From Hemiscyllium ocellatum (taxonomy: Eukaryota), in assembly GCF_020745735.1 (NCBI RefSeq), contig NW_026867509.1, positions 2,208,537 through 2,272,536 of the forward strand: a stretch of 64,000 bases of DNA. The letters are read 5' to 3'. The position numbers and the translations under genes were made by a program. Shown here piece after piece: positions 24,831 to 36,335 of the stretch. The notes under the pieces are model-generated. The model was given only the letters and a program-made list of their open reading frames with translations. It had not been told where the DNA came from and searched no databases. Each line of letters opens with the position of its first letter. The stretch's first letter is position 1.

Positions 24831-25799
24831 GTACCTCTTCTCTCTCACTATTCTCATGCAGATGAAGGAAACCATGCCACAATGTAATTTATTCCCGTTA
24901 ACAACCCGTTAGCCTTGTATTGGAGCCGCTGGTGTCCATCTCTAATCGTCTGAGACAATGTGGCGTGGACCATGTGTTTGTTACGCTGCAGGGCATCTGA
25001 TATCGATGCAGGAGCTACGCTGACGAAGACACAAAGTAAAATTAAGGAAATTCAGTTGCAATGCATCATGGCAATAATGGCAACATTTGATGTTTTTGTT
25101 GCGTTGATGGTAAATGCCATTGCTTATTTATTTTTTAAACGTCATTATTGCATCAAAATCCCTTCGATCCACCAGTCCTCTGCATCAGTTGAAGCGGCTG
25201 CCAAAATCTGAAAGCAGCTATGTTAACTGGGAAGCTTCAGTTCTGATACTCGAACAGCATGAACTAATTTCCTTCTTCGGCTTTGCTTAGAGAAATAATA
25301 ACCGTTAAGGGATAACATTTGGTTTAACCTCTGTATAAAACCTAGTGTGTACTTGAACAAACTTACTTTGTAAACACAGACAAGAACAGACGCAGATATG
25401 CCGTCACGAAATCACCATCCATTTACATGTACAGAGAATTCTGGTTCTGGCCAGCCATCTCGGAGTCAGTCCATGAAGTGAGGAGACGCGAATTCTGCTT
25501 TTTATGCCTTGTGCCCCGGGTTGCCTGACTGGCCCAAGTTAAAAACCCCAATGCAGGACCTCATAGGCAATGAGAGCCACCTCATTCTAAACCCGACAGA
25601 TCATTAAACAAAAATAAGGAAGAACTGAGTTTGTTCAAAATCTTAAACAGAAACAGAAATAACTGGAGAAACTCAGCATGTCTGGCAGCAACTGGGCAGA
25701 GAAACATTAGTTACCTTTTTGGCTCCACTAACCCTTCATGAGAACGTCGATCTTTTCTCACATTAGCCATAATATAAGTGGAGTAAAAAGGAACTTGAA

Positions 25800-25880
25800 G
25801 CTGATTGGTTCAATAGAAGAACAAAGGAGCTTCAAGCTCATTGGCTGTATCTAATGCGGTTGTCAATAATGAACCAATGA
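25800..25880 (+). promoter_or_regulatory. V promoter with three CCAAT boxes
   Basis: CTGATTGG (ATTGG 25804-08), CTCATTGG (25840-44) and CCAAT (25874-78), ~110-185 bp upstream of ATG 25986. Confidence 0.55.
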
Positions 25881-25985
25881 GCAGAGATCCGGAATTTACT
25901 CAACCTCCTCCGAACTCTTGACAAAAACCATTTTGGCTTCAACTAGTTCTGCTCACATTCACCCTACGCATGTGAATGTGCAAAC

Positions 25986-26732
25986 ATGTTGCCTGGAACT
26001 CTGTGTTTACTGCTCACAGCTGCAGCACTTCTGACTAGTAGGTTGAAAACTTGTCTTTGCATGTGCTTCAGCCCTTTGGTGGGATTATATTTACTCAAAT
26101 AGTTTTAGCAAAATAGAAGCAACAATGCTGCCTCCCAAATATTTTTGGAAGAAGTTAAAGAAAGTACACGAGAGAATGACAATCGAAGATTTAGGTTGGA
26201 AATTCAGACAGGACTGAAGTCATTGCGAGGATTCAATAGAAGAGAGTGTTTTATATCCACCAAGAGTTTTCAGTTTGCTCGTCAACTTTCGGGAGATGAA
26301 ATGGAAAATGTTTTTACTTGCATGAAATGGATTCTAATTCAGCTTCCGTGATTTATTTCTCGGGTTATTGATTCAGGTCGATAAGAATATAATAATATTT
26401 AATTTTCTATAACTTCTGGCTCTTACAGGACTTTGTCGTGGCGATTCTGTCTCACAAACACCGGCTGCAATCACAGTGAATGAGGGGGATGATGTCCAGT
26501 TGTTCTGTAATTACACTACAAGAGACAGCGATCCTCGCTTATTCCGGTACCGTCAACCTCCCAATGGGTTCATGGAGTTTCTGCTCCTGAAAAGCAAATA
26601 TAGCGAGAAAACGGCGAATTTTCTCCGGGACCGGGTCCCCTCGGATTTTGATCATGGAAACCATGCTATCGAGCTGAAAATGTTGAAAGCAGAACTAACA
26701 GACTCCGCAATGTATTACTGTGCACTGAGACC
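25986..26732 (+). CDS. TRAV: TCR alpha/delta V segment, open frame but Trp41>Arg; exon 1 25986-26037, exon 2 26429-26732
   Basis: Leader MLPGTLCLLLTAAALLT, phase-1 intron GTAGGT...TTACAG, then RLCRGDSVSQTPAAITVNEGDDVQLFCNYTTRDSDPRLFRYRQPP...DSAMYYCALRP. Confidence 0.92.
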
Positions 26733-26770
26733 CACAGAGACTCAGAGGTGGCTGACGCTGTACAAAACCT
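26733..26770 (+). other. RSS with 22-nt spacer
   Basis: CACAGAG + 22 nt + ACAAAACCT. Confidence 0.8.
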
Positions 26771-27789
26771 CTAAGAACGTCACTGAACATAGGAGTGTAT
26801 TAAGCAAACAGCAAGATCAGGTGTGTATCTGAACTTGTTTCCGATTTTACGGTGATATGTCATACTTATCATTTGGACACAAAACGTTAATCAGTGTAAA
26901 TCTATTACTGAAATAAACTAATGCAGCTAGTTTCGTGAATGTAAAACAAATAATTTATATTGAATCTATGATGATGATCCATTGTTCCAGCGATGAGGTT
27001 CTATGGAAAATTAGGCAATTTGTTCTGATGCCGTAAAATCCTCCAGTAATATTGAATTGCAGCATTTGGTTTCACAGACAATGGCTTGTCACAGGTTTCT
27101 AACACAAAAACACTGGAACAATCTGAACAACTTCAAACACATTTTGGGATATTGAGTACTGCCTCTGACCCTTCACGTTTTCAATCCCAAAATGGGAATT
27201 TATAAATTCACGTACCCAGCATAATGCAGACTTCCTTTAAAATATCAGAAGGAGTTTGGATACAACTGGCATCTGAACAATACAAACCAATTGAAAACAT
27301 TTCATAGTGGCTGATTATTGAGTCGAAACCATCAGTAAACCAAATCAGTCGCTTCAGCCTTCTGCTGTTAAGCTGGACTGAAATGAACATTTTTCATCCT
27401 CTGTGTAAGTGTGTTGATTCTTTGTCAGCAATTCACATCTGGACATTTAAGTTGTGTCAAGACTAGCGGGTTCCTCTTCTCCCTCTGGCAGTAATTAAGA
27501 GAAAGAAAATCCTATTTTCATAGTCAGTCATAAAAGATACATTTCTGACTCTGGGTGCTCGAATGAAGTGAAGTCTGTTTCTGCAGAAAATCGGATGCAC
27601 TTGGTGCTCAGCATCTTTCAGGAGTTAATTTAATCTGCACGGTCGGAATGAAACATTTGTAATCGAAATGGTGAAACCTATTGATCGGATCACACGTTCG
27701 ATGGCATATTGCGAAGTGAGCAGCCATGCGAGTTTTCTAGAGTCAGCTGCACAGATAGTTTCTGGGAGTGTTCAGTCTTTGTTCCAGGA

Positions 27790-27856
27790 TGCCATTGCAC
27801 AATGATACACTTCAGTGTCTTTCATCTCAGTACTATCAACAGCAATAATGCCATGA
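27790..27856 (-). pseudogene. TCR V 3' (FR3) fragment
   Basis: Minus strand IAVDSTEMKDTEVYHCAMA resembles LAVNTVELSDTAVYYxAV of the 34.3-kb V. The 5' part is replaced by a repeat at 27865-28075; no RSS. Confidence 0.45.
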
Positions 27857-27864
27857 ACAAAACA

Positions 27865-28075
27865 GAAGTTGCTGGAAAATCTAAACAGGTCTCGGAGAGT
27901 CTCTGAAGAAAAATCAGTTACTGTTTCGGATCCTGCCATCCTTCCACAGAACTGGAAGAGGCACCACCCGAAACATTAACTCTGACATTTCTTCACAGAT
28001 GTTACAGACCTGCTGATCTTTTCAAGCGACATTGGCTTCAGTTTCTGATTTACAGCATCTGCAGTTCTTTCGGCT
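27865..28075. mobile_element. PLE-derived quasi-palindromic repeat with decayed hammerhead
   Basis: agaagttgctggaaaatct...cccgaaacattaactct...gacctgctgatcttttcaagc...gcatctgcagttct. Confidence 0.55.
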
Positions 28076-29994
28076 TTTATTCACCAACAATGTTATAACT
28101 TCTTGATAATTTAGTCAAGAGCGTGAAGAAGCAGTCATTATCAATCATAGAACCATACAGCACAAAAACAGACCATTTGGCCCATCATGTCTGTTATTTT
28201 TGGAACCATTTGGAATGCTAAACATATTACACGAAGGCCATTACAAAACAAATATTTATGAAATACATGTTCATATACTTAATGGCTGCAGTAGGTTTGT
28301 CTTCATTAAAGCCGAACATATTGGCAAAAGATTTACACGGATATTGCTCAGTAAGAACCTGGAAAGCCGGGCCACAGAGTTTAAGGTAAATGGTATTTAG
28401 ATTTGATCTGCTTTTGCACGACTGCTAAAAGAGACAACAGGGTCTCATTAACCTGATTGTCCCATATGCTGATTGTAGGAATATGCAGTATCAGATTTCC
28501 CCGTAACAATCTCCTTCCAATCGGGTGCACAGCGTGAAACATTGAAACTATTCATATTGTCGTCTTGGATGTCACTCTGAACAAAGTGAATTTATGATAA
28601 TTTGATGTTGTCCAGCAGGAAAACTGAACGAAACTACGAATCAGTTGATACTGGCAGAGGCCTGCTTTGAAGCATTGAGCTGCAGCGAATGTGCAGCACC
28701 AATAAAACGTGTTGTTCAACTCGTCTGTTTCCAGAACCCTTGCTAGAAATTACCAGAAGATTCTCATTGAATTTATTCGAGGTCTTGACTGCAATAGACC
28801 TCGCACTAAGCATGAAAGAACATTGCACGAGATTGGACGACAAAATGGAGGAATGACTGTGACTGAATTAAGAGAAAGGTCCAGCAGGAAAAGAGGTGAT
28901 CATGAACATGAAGACAAAAATGGTTTGTTTTACAGTAAAGGCTCAATCGAAGCATTGGCAGTTATTATCTTTGCTTTTCATTAGGTTGTTACCATTCTCA
29001 CTTGTGATTCTGTTAACATCTCAACTCTGCAGTGAATATGTCAAAACTATGTCCTGGGTGCGCGATGCAATGGATAGCGCACCTGACTGCTAACCAGCAA
29101 GATATTGGTGCATCTCCAGCTTGTCTCAGTGCATTTTACAACATGTCTAAACTGGCCTATATTTAAATTCCAACAATTTGAAATAATGATTCACCAGTAA
29201 TGGATGATGTCTGAGGAGGAGGCCAACACTTGCAAAGCCTTTGGCAATGAGAACAGAAAACCTCTTGTAATAAAGGTGGCTAAAATCCCTGGACCAAATG
29301 GAGCCCATTGCAAAATCTTGAATGAGGTGTGAGGAGAGACAATGCAAGTACTGTTGGTTATCGTTGGAAATGCAAGAATTTCTGGCAAGGGTCGTGACGT
29401 TTAGAAAGAAGGGAAAATGGCCGAACTATTTAAGAAGGGCGGGAGAAGAAAATAGGAACCAAAGACCTGTTGAATGCCATTTGCAGGGAAAATGTCAGGT
29501 CATATCATGAAGCAGATCATAAGTTGATATTTCGAAATAATGATACGTTTGAGATGATTCAATATGACGTTATAAAGGAAAGGAATATTTGACAAATCCA
29601 CTTGCATTCGTTTTGTGGATTTAAACTGTAGCATCAAGAAGGGACAACCAGCGGATGTGACGTATTTTGAGATATTTGAAAGTTTTTGATAACATACCAC
29701 GCAGGAAATTGGTAGATAGATTTGCGATTACTAGATTACGTTAAGTTGCTGTGATGAATTAATGCGGAGAAATCAAAGAATGGAAAGGGAAAGAGTATTC
29801 AAAGATGGTGGACTAATCATAGTTGACGTGCCTCGAGAATCAGGGATACATCACGTGACAATCTATAAAATGATTGCATGATTCATCCTTATCCCAAACT
29901 TCTTGATGTCATTAAGCTATGAGGTAGCTTAATTCGCGTAAGCTACTGGGATGCTGCAGGCCAGCGCAGACAGGATAATTATATTGAAATGTTA

Positions 29995-31135
29995 AAAATC
30001 GCACAACAGCAGGTTACTTTCCAACGAGTGTATCTGTATGTACAAGCTGTGGGTGAGCCGCTTCTTCGTCAGGTAGCCAGTGTGGCGGGATCATAGAACG
30101 CAACACTTCTAATGAAGGTTAAAGTGTCATACCAATCATGCAATGCATTTCACAAAACTCGATTACTGTTCAGTCTTTAATCACTTGCAATGAGGATGCA
30201 GTGTTCGATTGATTAATATGTAAATCTCAGAACAGGTCTCAAGTCAGTCCAAAGATAACAAGGATTTATTTTAAAAAAGTGACATCTCAGTTCAGACATT
30301 AATGATATGTAGTTAGTGTATCCCAACCATTAGTCATACTGGTTCTGTTTCCGAAGTGGGAAGTTTCAAATATCACAGGAAATGACTGTCTACAGTTTTT
30401 GAACAAAATTGAATGCACTTGCAAAGACAAATCTGCAGACGCAATGTTACCCCATCAAATTTTATGTGCGTATGCATGAGTGTGAGGGAGAGAGAAACCA
30501 TGTGTGTTTGGGAGAGGGAGAATGTGTGCTTGAGAAAGCGTGCGCATGAGTGTTTTGGAGTATATGCCTGTTAGAGGGTGTGCATGTGAGTGTGAGTGTG
30601 TGCGTGTGAGTGTGTCTGAGAGACAGTATATATATGATGAAGGGTCTGAGAGTGATCGCGTGCCCAAGAGTATGAGTACGTGTATGGTTATGTGCTGTGT
30701 GTGAGGGTGTGTGTCAGGGTGTATAGTGTCGTGGAGGACCCTGGAGTGTGACATGAATCACATCCTTTTGAAGCTGTCCTCATGAATACCGAAATTGGCT
30801 ATCAGCCTCTGCTCGACAACTGTTGTGGATCCCAAAGTTCTTCTTGGTGGATAGTCACCTGAAGATCCGAGGCCGATCCTTCTTGACTCACGAAATGTTC
30901 CCCATCTGGGAGGGAGCATCCCCTTTTAGAGATTGTTGCGTGATGTCCATTCATCCATTGTTGTAGCTTCCTCTTGGTCTCGCCAATATACCATGCCTCA
31001 GGGCAACCTTACTTGCAACATTTGAGGTCGACAATTTTGGCTGAGTCACATGAATGTCTGCCACTCACCAGGTGGATGGCGTCCCCAGTTGTTATGATAT
31101 TCTGTCATGTCTTGCAGCGGTTGTCATGACAGAGA
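29995..31135 (-). mobile_element. PLE 3' fragment (GIY-YIG + CA-rich 3' region), decayed
   Basis: Minus strand DSAKIVDL.CCK.GCPEAWYIGETK; (GT)-rich tract 30470-30750. Confidence 0.75.
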
Positions 31136-31139
31136 TGCA

Positions 31140-31790
31140 TAAACAGACCATTGTTCACAGCAAAACTCCCAGCCTTCAAGACGACATTGAACTCAAGAGC
31201 AAACATCCCAACAAAGAGCAAGGCATGTAAGACCATCGACATGGATAGTACAGTTAAATGTTGGGCCACTACCCTCAACGTGTGTGGCAGTAACTCACGT
31301 GATTCAGCCAACGTTTTCTATCTCATAGATTGCAGGCTATGCTGCTCTCAGGCATAGTATATTGGCCAGACCACGCGGATCCTAAGACAGTGGATAAATG
31401 AACACAATGTAGCAATCACCAGCCAAGCATGTTCCCTCTCAATCGGGGAACACTTCAGCAGTGAAGTATATTCGGCTTTGGATCTTCGGGTGAACATCTT
31501 CCAAGGCGGACTTTAGATCCAAATAAGACAGAGTAGTCGAGCAGAGGTTGATCATCAAGTTCAGTATCCATGAGAATGACCTGAATCGAGATTTTGGGTT
31601 CATGTCACACTACAGAGTATTCCACTGCACTGTACATCTTCACACACACACTCACATGCACACACACACTCGCTCTTACAAACATGTTTTCTCTCAGACA
31701 CATATTGTCTCTCAGACACACACATACACATGCATCTGCACACATATATTCACACGCACATCCACTGACAGGCATTCCTTCACTTTCGTA
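31140..31790 (+). mobile_element. PLE 3' fragment (GIY-YIG + CA-rich 3' region), decayed, head-to-head with the previous element
   Basis: CKTIDMDSTV...DSANVFYLIDCRLCCSQA*YIGQT. Confidence 0.75.
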
Positions 31791-34235
31791 ATATGCACCG
31801 GATTAAGCGTTGTTAAGCATTGCTACATGCCTGTACGAAAAAAGACTGCACATTTTACATGTTTAACAACTTATCTCCATCTGGCAGATTCAGAGTTGCA
31901 TATGGAATATACTGAAAAATGATGCCTTTTGACTCGGATTTGCTGCGAAACTAGTGTGTGTTAAGTTGTCAATGAAATATGCACCCTCATTAATAGTGGG
32001 ACAGGCCTGATTTAATTGCATGGATTATCTGGACTCTGCCTGCATTAGTTTTCGCCAGGCCCTGACTATTATTGTGCAATCGCTCGTCTCCAACAGTCAC
32101 AGAGGGTGTTCTGTCTTTTAACTGCCCGTGGTGATATTGGCGCCATAATAATTTCAGAAAGTATTAACTGTATCAGAGTCTTACCAGGTTCCAATCAGTA
32201 TTGAACCTATGCTTGCCTTCATGATTTGTCGGCATGATTTTGCCCTTGCCAGTCAGGCCCTGATAAGTGTTTAATAATTCTCTGTCTCCTCAACTTTCAA
32301 GTTAACTTCGTTCTGTCTTGGTGTTTCAACAAACCCTGCTTTTTGTTTAAATCTGAATAATCCATGCACCCACACCTTCGTGCATTACAGACAGATGTCC
32401 TTGCATCGTATTTCATTCTTCAAGAAACAGATTGTATTTTCAATTGTTTGTATCTCTTTAATCGCCAGATTAACCTTAGGTGGTGCAGATATTGCGATGA
32501 CTCTTCAGGTTCTGTATCTCGTCAGCATAATTCTACTCGTTTGACCTCAATGATTATCACACAAGGATCCATCTCACTTTCTGTTCATAGGGTCACTGAG
32601 CCATAAAGTTATTGCAATATGGGATAACATAATTATTTCCATTACAGTATGTTAACTTGTTAGTATTGTTAATGCTATACCAGACAGCGTCAATGTGTAT
32701 ATGTGACTTGACTTTGACACTCATTATATTACATTAGATCTTCTCGATTTGACTTATTTTGGATCATTTCTCTTTCTGCATTCAACTATCGGTTAATAAG
32801 TCTGTCTTGATGAAGTTAGATATGTTTTTGTTTTAACTGCATTTGGATCAGTTGCACTTATTATCAGATCGGAATAAATTGACAACACTGTTTCGTTTCC
32901 TTCTACACGTCTTTAGGTCACGCCCAGAAATTAAATGGCCTTTCTGTGTCACACTAAAGGGTTGTGGTAGCCTGGGTATATTGAAAATAATTCACTTTAT
33001 TGGCCAATTACGTCTGTGTATAAAATGATTGGCACATGCTTATGGCATCTCGGCGAGCGAATGCTGATGAAGATGTTGTTAATTCTTTTTTTCACAGCAC
33101 CTGTCTATTTGCACACACGTGCATTTATTCAAAAAAGTTCCTTTCTTCGTTACTCTCTCATGCCCTACACACGAACATGTTGTGCAAAGTTCCTGAACCA
33201 AACTAAAGCATCGAACAAAGTGAAGGATGGCATAATTTTATTTCCTGTAATGCCCAGGTGTCAGCTGGGGCAGGGGTAAACTGACAGTTCTGTAAATTAT
33301 GGTCACAGCAAATCTACTGCACTGACATTCAGTGGATTTCTGATGTTTTGGCATCGATTCTATTTTTCTCTCAAATATTGCTGAATGGCTTCGATGGGTT
33401 ATTATTTCATCAAATCATTCATATTGCCATTGCAATGATGACTTATGTAATTGACGTGATTTATTCCTTTCATATGCTTTGTTTATGTAATTTGCATTTA
33501 AATCTGCGATGACTTATCTGAGTTCCTGAATTGCTGAATTCGATCACGAACACTGCTCTTTTAAGTGAAACAGATTAGCTTCAGACCAATAATGTGCCCT
33601 GCATAGTCACTGAATATTGATTTAGAAACGAAAGCTTGAAATTTGTCAAGTTATAGTTATGAGGACCACAATCAAAATTCAACAATTCCATGATTCAAGG
33701 TGGTAGATATTTTAGTTTGTATATTGGTAATCCTCATAAATATAATTTCTATAATTTTGAAAATCAACAATGTTGGAATGTATCAAGCAGCAACATGTTA
33801 GGTTTGGAACTGAGAAAATGTCCATCTTCTCTGTCCTATCAGAAACTGTGATGTACAATAGAGAATGAATCAAAACAAATCTCCCTTCTGAATTGTATTT
33901 TTCCACAGTCAACATGGATTGATGAAGAAGAAAATACATCTTTCCCTGTGCTGTCCCAAGCAAAAGAGTTTGGGAACGTGGAATAGGAAACAGCTACAGG
34001 AGAAACTCTAGGATGACTTCTGCAGCAAAGATTTACAAAGGAACACAGCTCAGATAAATTACAGAGATATTTTATTCTGGTCTGATTTGATTATGTACAA
34101 AATAATGAAAATAAAAACTGAACTGGCTATTGTAGCGAATTAGATTTCTTTAAACTAATTTGAAAGTTTTTCCTTGCTTTGCTTTTAACTCAGCAGTCTG
34201 CTCTCTTGTGATCACCTCAATCCTCAGGCCGGAGA

Positions 34236-34274
34236 AGTTCTTGTACAGCCTCATGCTCTTTTTGTTTCACTGTG
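34236..34274 (-). other. 23-RSS
   Basis: CACAGTG + 23 nt + ACAAGAACT. Confidence 0.9.
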
Positions 34275-34555
34275 TGTGACTGCACTGTAATAGACCGCGG
34301 TGTCTGACAGCTCAACTGTGTTAACAGCCAGAGTGGTGGAGCCTTTCTTACGGTCGACAGATATTTTAAATCTTCCTTCAATTCTTTCATCCCTGAATGT
34401 TGAGCCGAGGTACTCGGGAGCTTGTTTCGAGACCTGTCTGTACCAGAACACAACGTCATTCGTGGAAATAGTAAAGGTGTGCTGGAGTGAAATGTTTTGT
34501 CCGACTATTCCCTGATAAATAGATATCAGGACTCCTTCTGACTGGCAAGGAATAG
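34275..34555 (-). pseudogene. TCR V exon with open frame but both canonical Cys lost and no clear own leader (ORF/pseudogene)
   Basis: Acceptor TTTTGCAG| at 34556. IPCQSEGVLISIYQGIVGQNISLQHTFTISTNDVVFWYRQVSKQAPEYLGSTFRDERIEGRFKISVDRKKGSTTLAVNTVELSDTAVYYSAVT: Cys23>His, Cys104>Ser, no stops. Confidence 0.85.
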
Positions 34556-34885
34556 CTGCAAAACAAGATCAGAAGTTTACAAAGTCAACTTAACGTTTCT
34601 TTAACGAGAACTAAATAAAGTGTCCGTGAAATAAGCATTTCTCTCTGTCGTGGTATATTAAAGGCAAAGCTGTTTTTCTGTCTGTCATTCAACTTTAAAT
34701 ATAACACAACAGAAGAGAGAACATCAATTGATGGCCCTTCCCATACTTGTCTGGAGTAATCATTAATAAGATTTTGTAGCTTCACCCTACAGTAACAGGA
34801 AAAAACGTTCTGAAATAGCTTTATCATGTGTAATACTCAACACATATATAAAGGTAAACATGGCAGCAGAGACATGGCACCGCCA

Positions 34886-34924
34886 AGATATTGTGCAATG
34901 GCATTCACACATTGTCTTACTGTG
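34886..34924 (-). other. 23-RSS
   Basis: CACAGTA + 23 nt + ACAATATCT. Confidence 0.8.
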
Positions 34925-35352
34925 CTTACATCGCGCAGTAATATATTCCGAAGTCCTCGACCAAGGTATCATCAATTGAGATGATGTTGAACTTCTTCGC
35001 TCGGTCTAAGGACAGCATGTATCGACCTTTAGATTCATTGCCCTGGTATATGGACCCGATAAATGTTGGAGCCCCTATCAGTGTTTGCCTGTACCAGGCT
35101 ACTGTTTCTGTTGAACTAACGACAAGCTGACAGTCCAGTTCAACCTGCTGCCCTTCCTTTGACACCACCTCATATACATGTGAGATCTGATCCTCACACT
35201 GGGTTGCTGTAATGGAAGAAATGTCAATCAAAAATCAGGAGGTATTATGATATTGGTAAAACACGGCATCTGATTAGAAAAACAAACTCACAAAATATCA
35301 AGAACATCAGAGCACCAACGGGAAAAAGATCATTGCAGATCTTTATGTTCAT
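34925..35352 (-). CDS. TCR alpha/delta V segment; exon 1 35352-35292, exon 2 35206-34925; germline TAA at the 3' coding end
   Basis: Leader MNIKICNDLFPVGALMFLIF, 85-nt phase-1 GTGAGT...TTACAG intron, then STQCEDQISHVYEVVSKEGQQVELDCQLVVSSTETVAWYRQ...VEDFGIYYCAM*. Confidence 0.9.
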
Positions 35353-35539
35353 TATGATGAAAACAGAGGCGACACAATGAAGCGTTGGTTTCCAGACCAA
35401 AACTGACTCCTTGGACCAAGAATGTCAATGGTAGCTATGTGAGCGAGAGGGGAGACCTTTCAAATCTCCTGGTCGCGAGACAGTCTGACTGAGGACCTGC
35501 TGCAGAACAGATTATTGTGTGTCATCATCACGAGACGTA

Positions 35540-35580
35540 ATTGTACGTCAGACTCTGTGATTGGTTTGCTTCAAATAATG
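35540..35580 (-). promoter_or_regulatory. V promoter elements (CCAAT + CRE half-site)
   Basis: Minus strand ccaatcacagagtctgacgta, ~200 bp upstream of ATG 35352. Confidence 0.4.
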
Positions 35581-36017
35581 TCCTTTTGCAACTACAAGTG
35601 AAAATGATCTCTCTCCCTCTTCTGTGTCTCCACCCCCTTTCTCTTGATTTCTCTCCCTCCTTCTCTCACAGTCGCTTCCCTTTTATTACATTGCAACTGA
35701 TTCAATTCTACACAAAGAAGCGATTTCCGTCACACTTCCATATGAAGTAGTGATTGTAGTTTTGAAATTATTGAACCTGACATAATTTCTTACTTTTTCC
35801 CTCAAGTGCTGTCAGAGTATCACTGAACACCTTCATTGCTTCACTTTTAATTGTGAGTCTCTCAATTTTCCTGTTTCTTACTTCTTCAGTCAATATTTGG
35901 TTTACTTTCCTTCTGATCTTTGATTATTATTCTTTCACTGGATTTAAGGAAGGGGAAAGAACATTTATGGATGCAGTTTGAGCTCCGAATTGAAGTGTAA
36001 ACACCACAACGTAATAT

Positions 36018-36031
36018 TCGCCACCTGCTGG
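36018..36031 (-). promoter_or_regulatory. Strong candidate CTCF site
   Basis: CCAGCAGGTGGCGA, close to the CTCF core consensus. Confidence 0.55.
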
Positions 36032-36335
36032 TGTCGTTGGTCAAATCTGTCTCGCTCTTTGTTCTCTCCGAATATCGCATATATTGCCAAACATTTTATG
36101 GCAGATATAATGCATATTTCAGTAGGACGTTCACCTAACAGATAAACAGAGATCGAGCTAAAAAAAATGGCGACAAAGAGGCACTAAGAAATTCAAAGAA
36201 CTAATCAGAGGATGTTAACGTTTTCAGATTTTGTTGATTGGGGCTTTTGTTATTACAGAGAACCGAATTCTGCCGAAGGGAGATGCTCGCGGTAAACGAG
36301 GCATAACAGGCTGCATATATTATTTACTGATAGAA

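Noticed and set aside
28630-28850. Possible decayed V (minus strand, ttctggtaa FW-like)
   Set aside because: No consistent Cys-Trp-Cys spacing and no RSS.
32330-32610. Possible decayed V (minus strand: GSVTL*, EESSQYL, ACAAAAAGC)
   Set aside because: Suggestive, but no heptamer at 22-23 nt from the nonamer-like sequence and no YYC; needs an HMM search.
34556-34885. NARTCR-like cassette (NAR V-D-J followed by a leaderless supporting V-delta) as the explanation for the V-A/V-B pair
   Set aside because: No D, J (FGxG/WGxG) or 12-RSS found between the two V genes, and V-A looks TCR-like rather than IgNAR-like.
35300-35335. Apparent frameshift in the V-A leader (ATG ATC TTT TTC...TGA)
   Set aside because: That ATG is out of frame; an upstream ATG at 35352 gives a clean 61-nt phase-1 leader.
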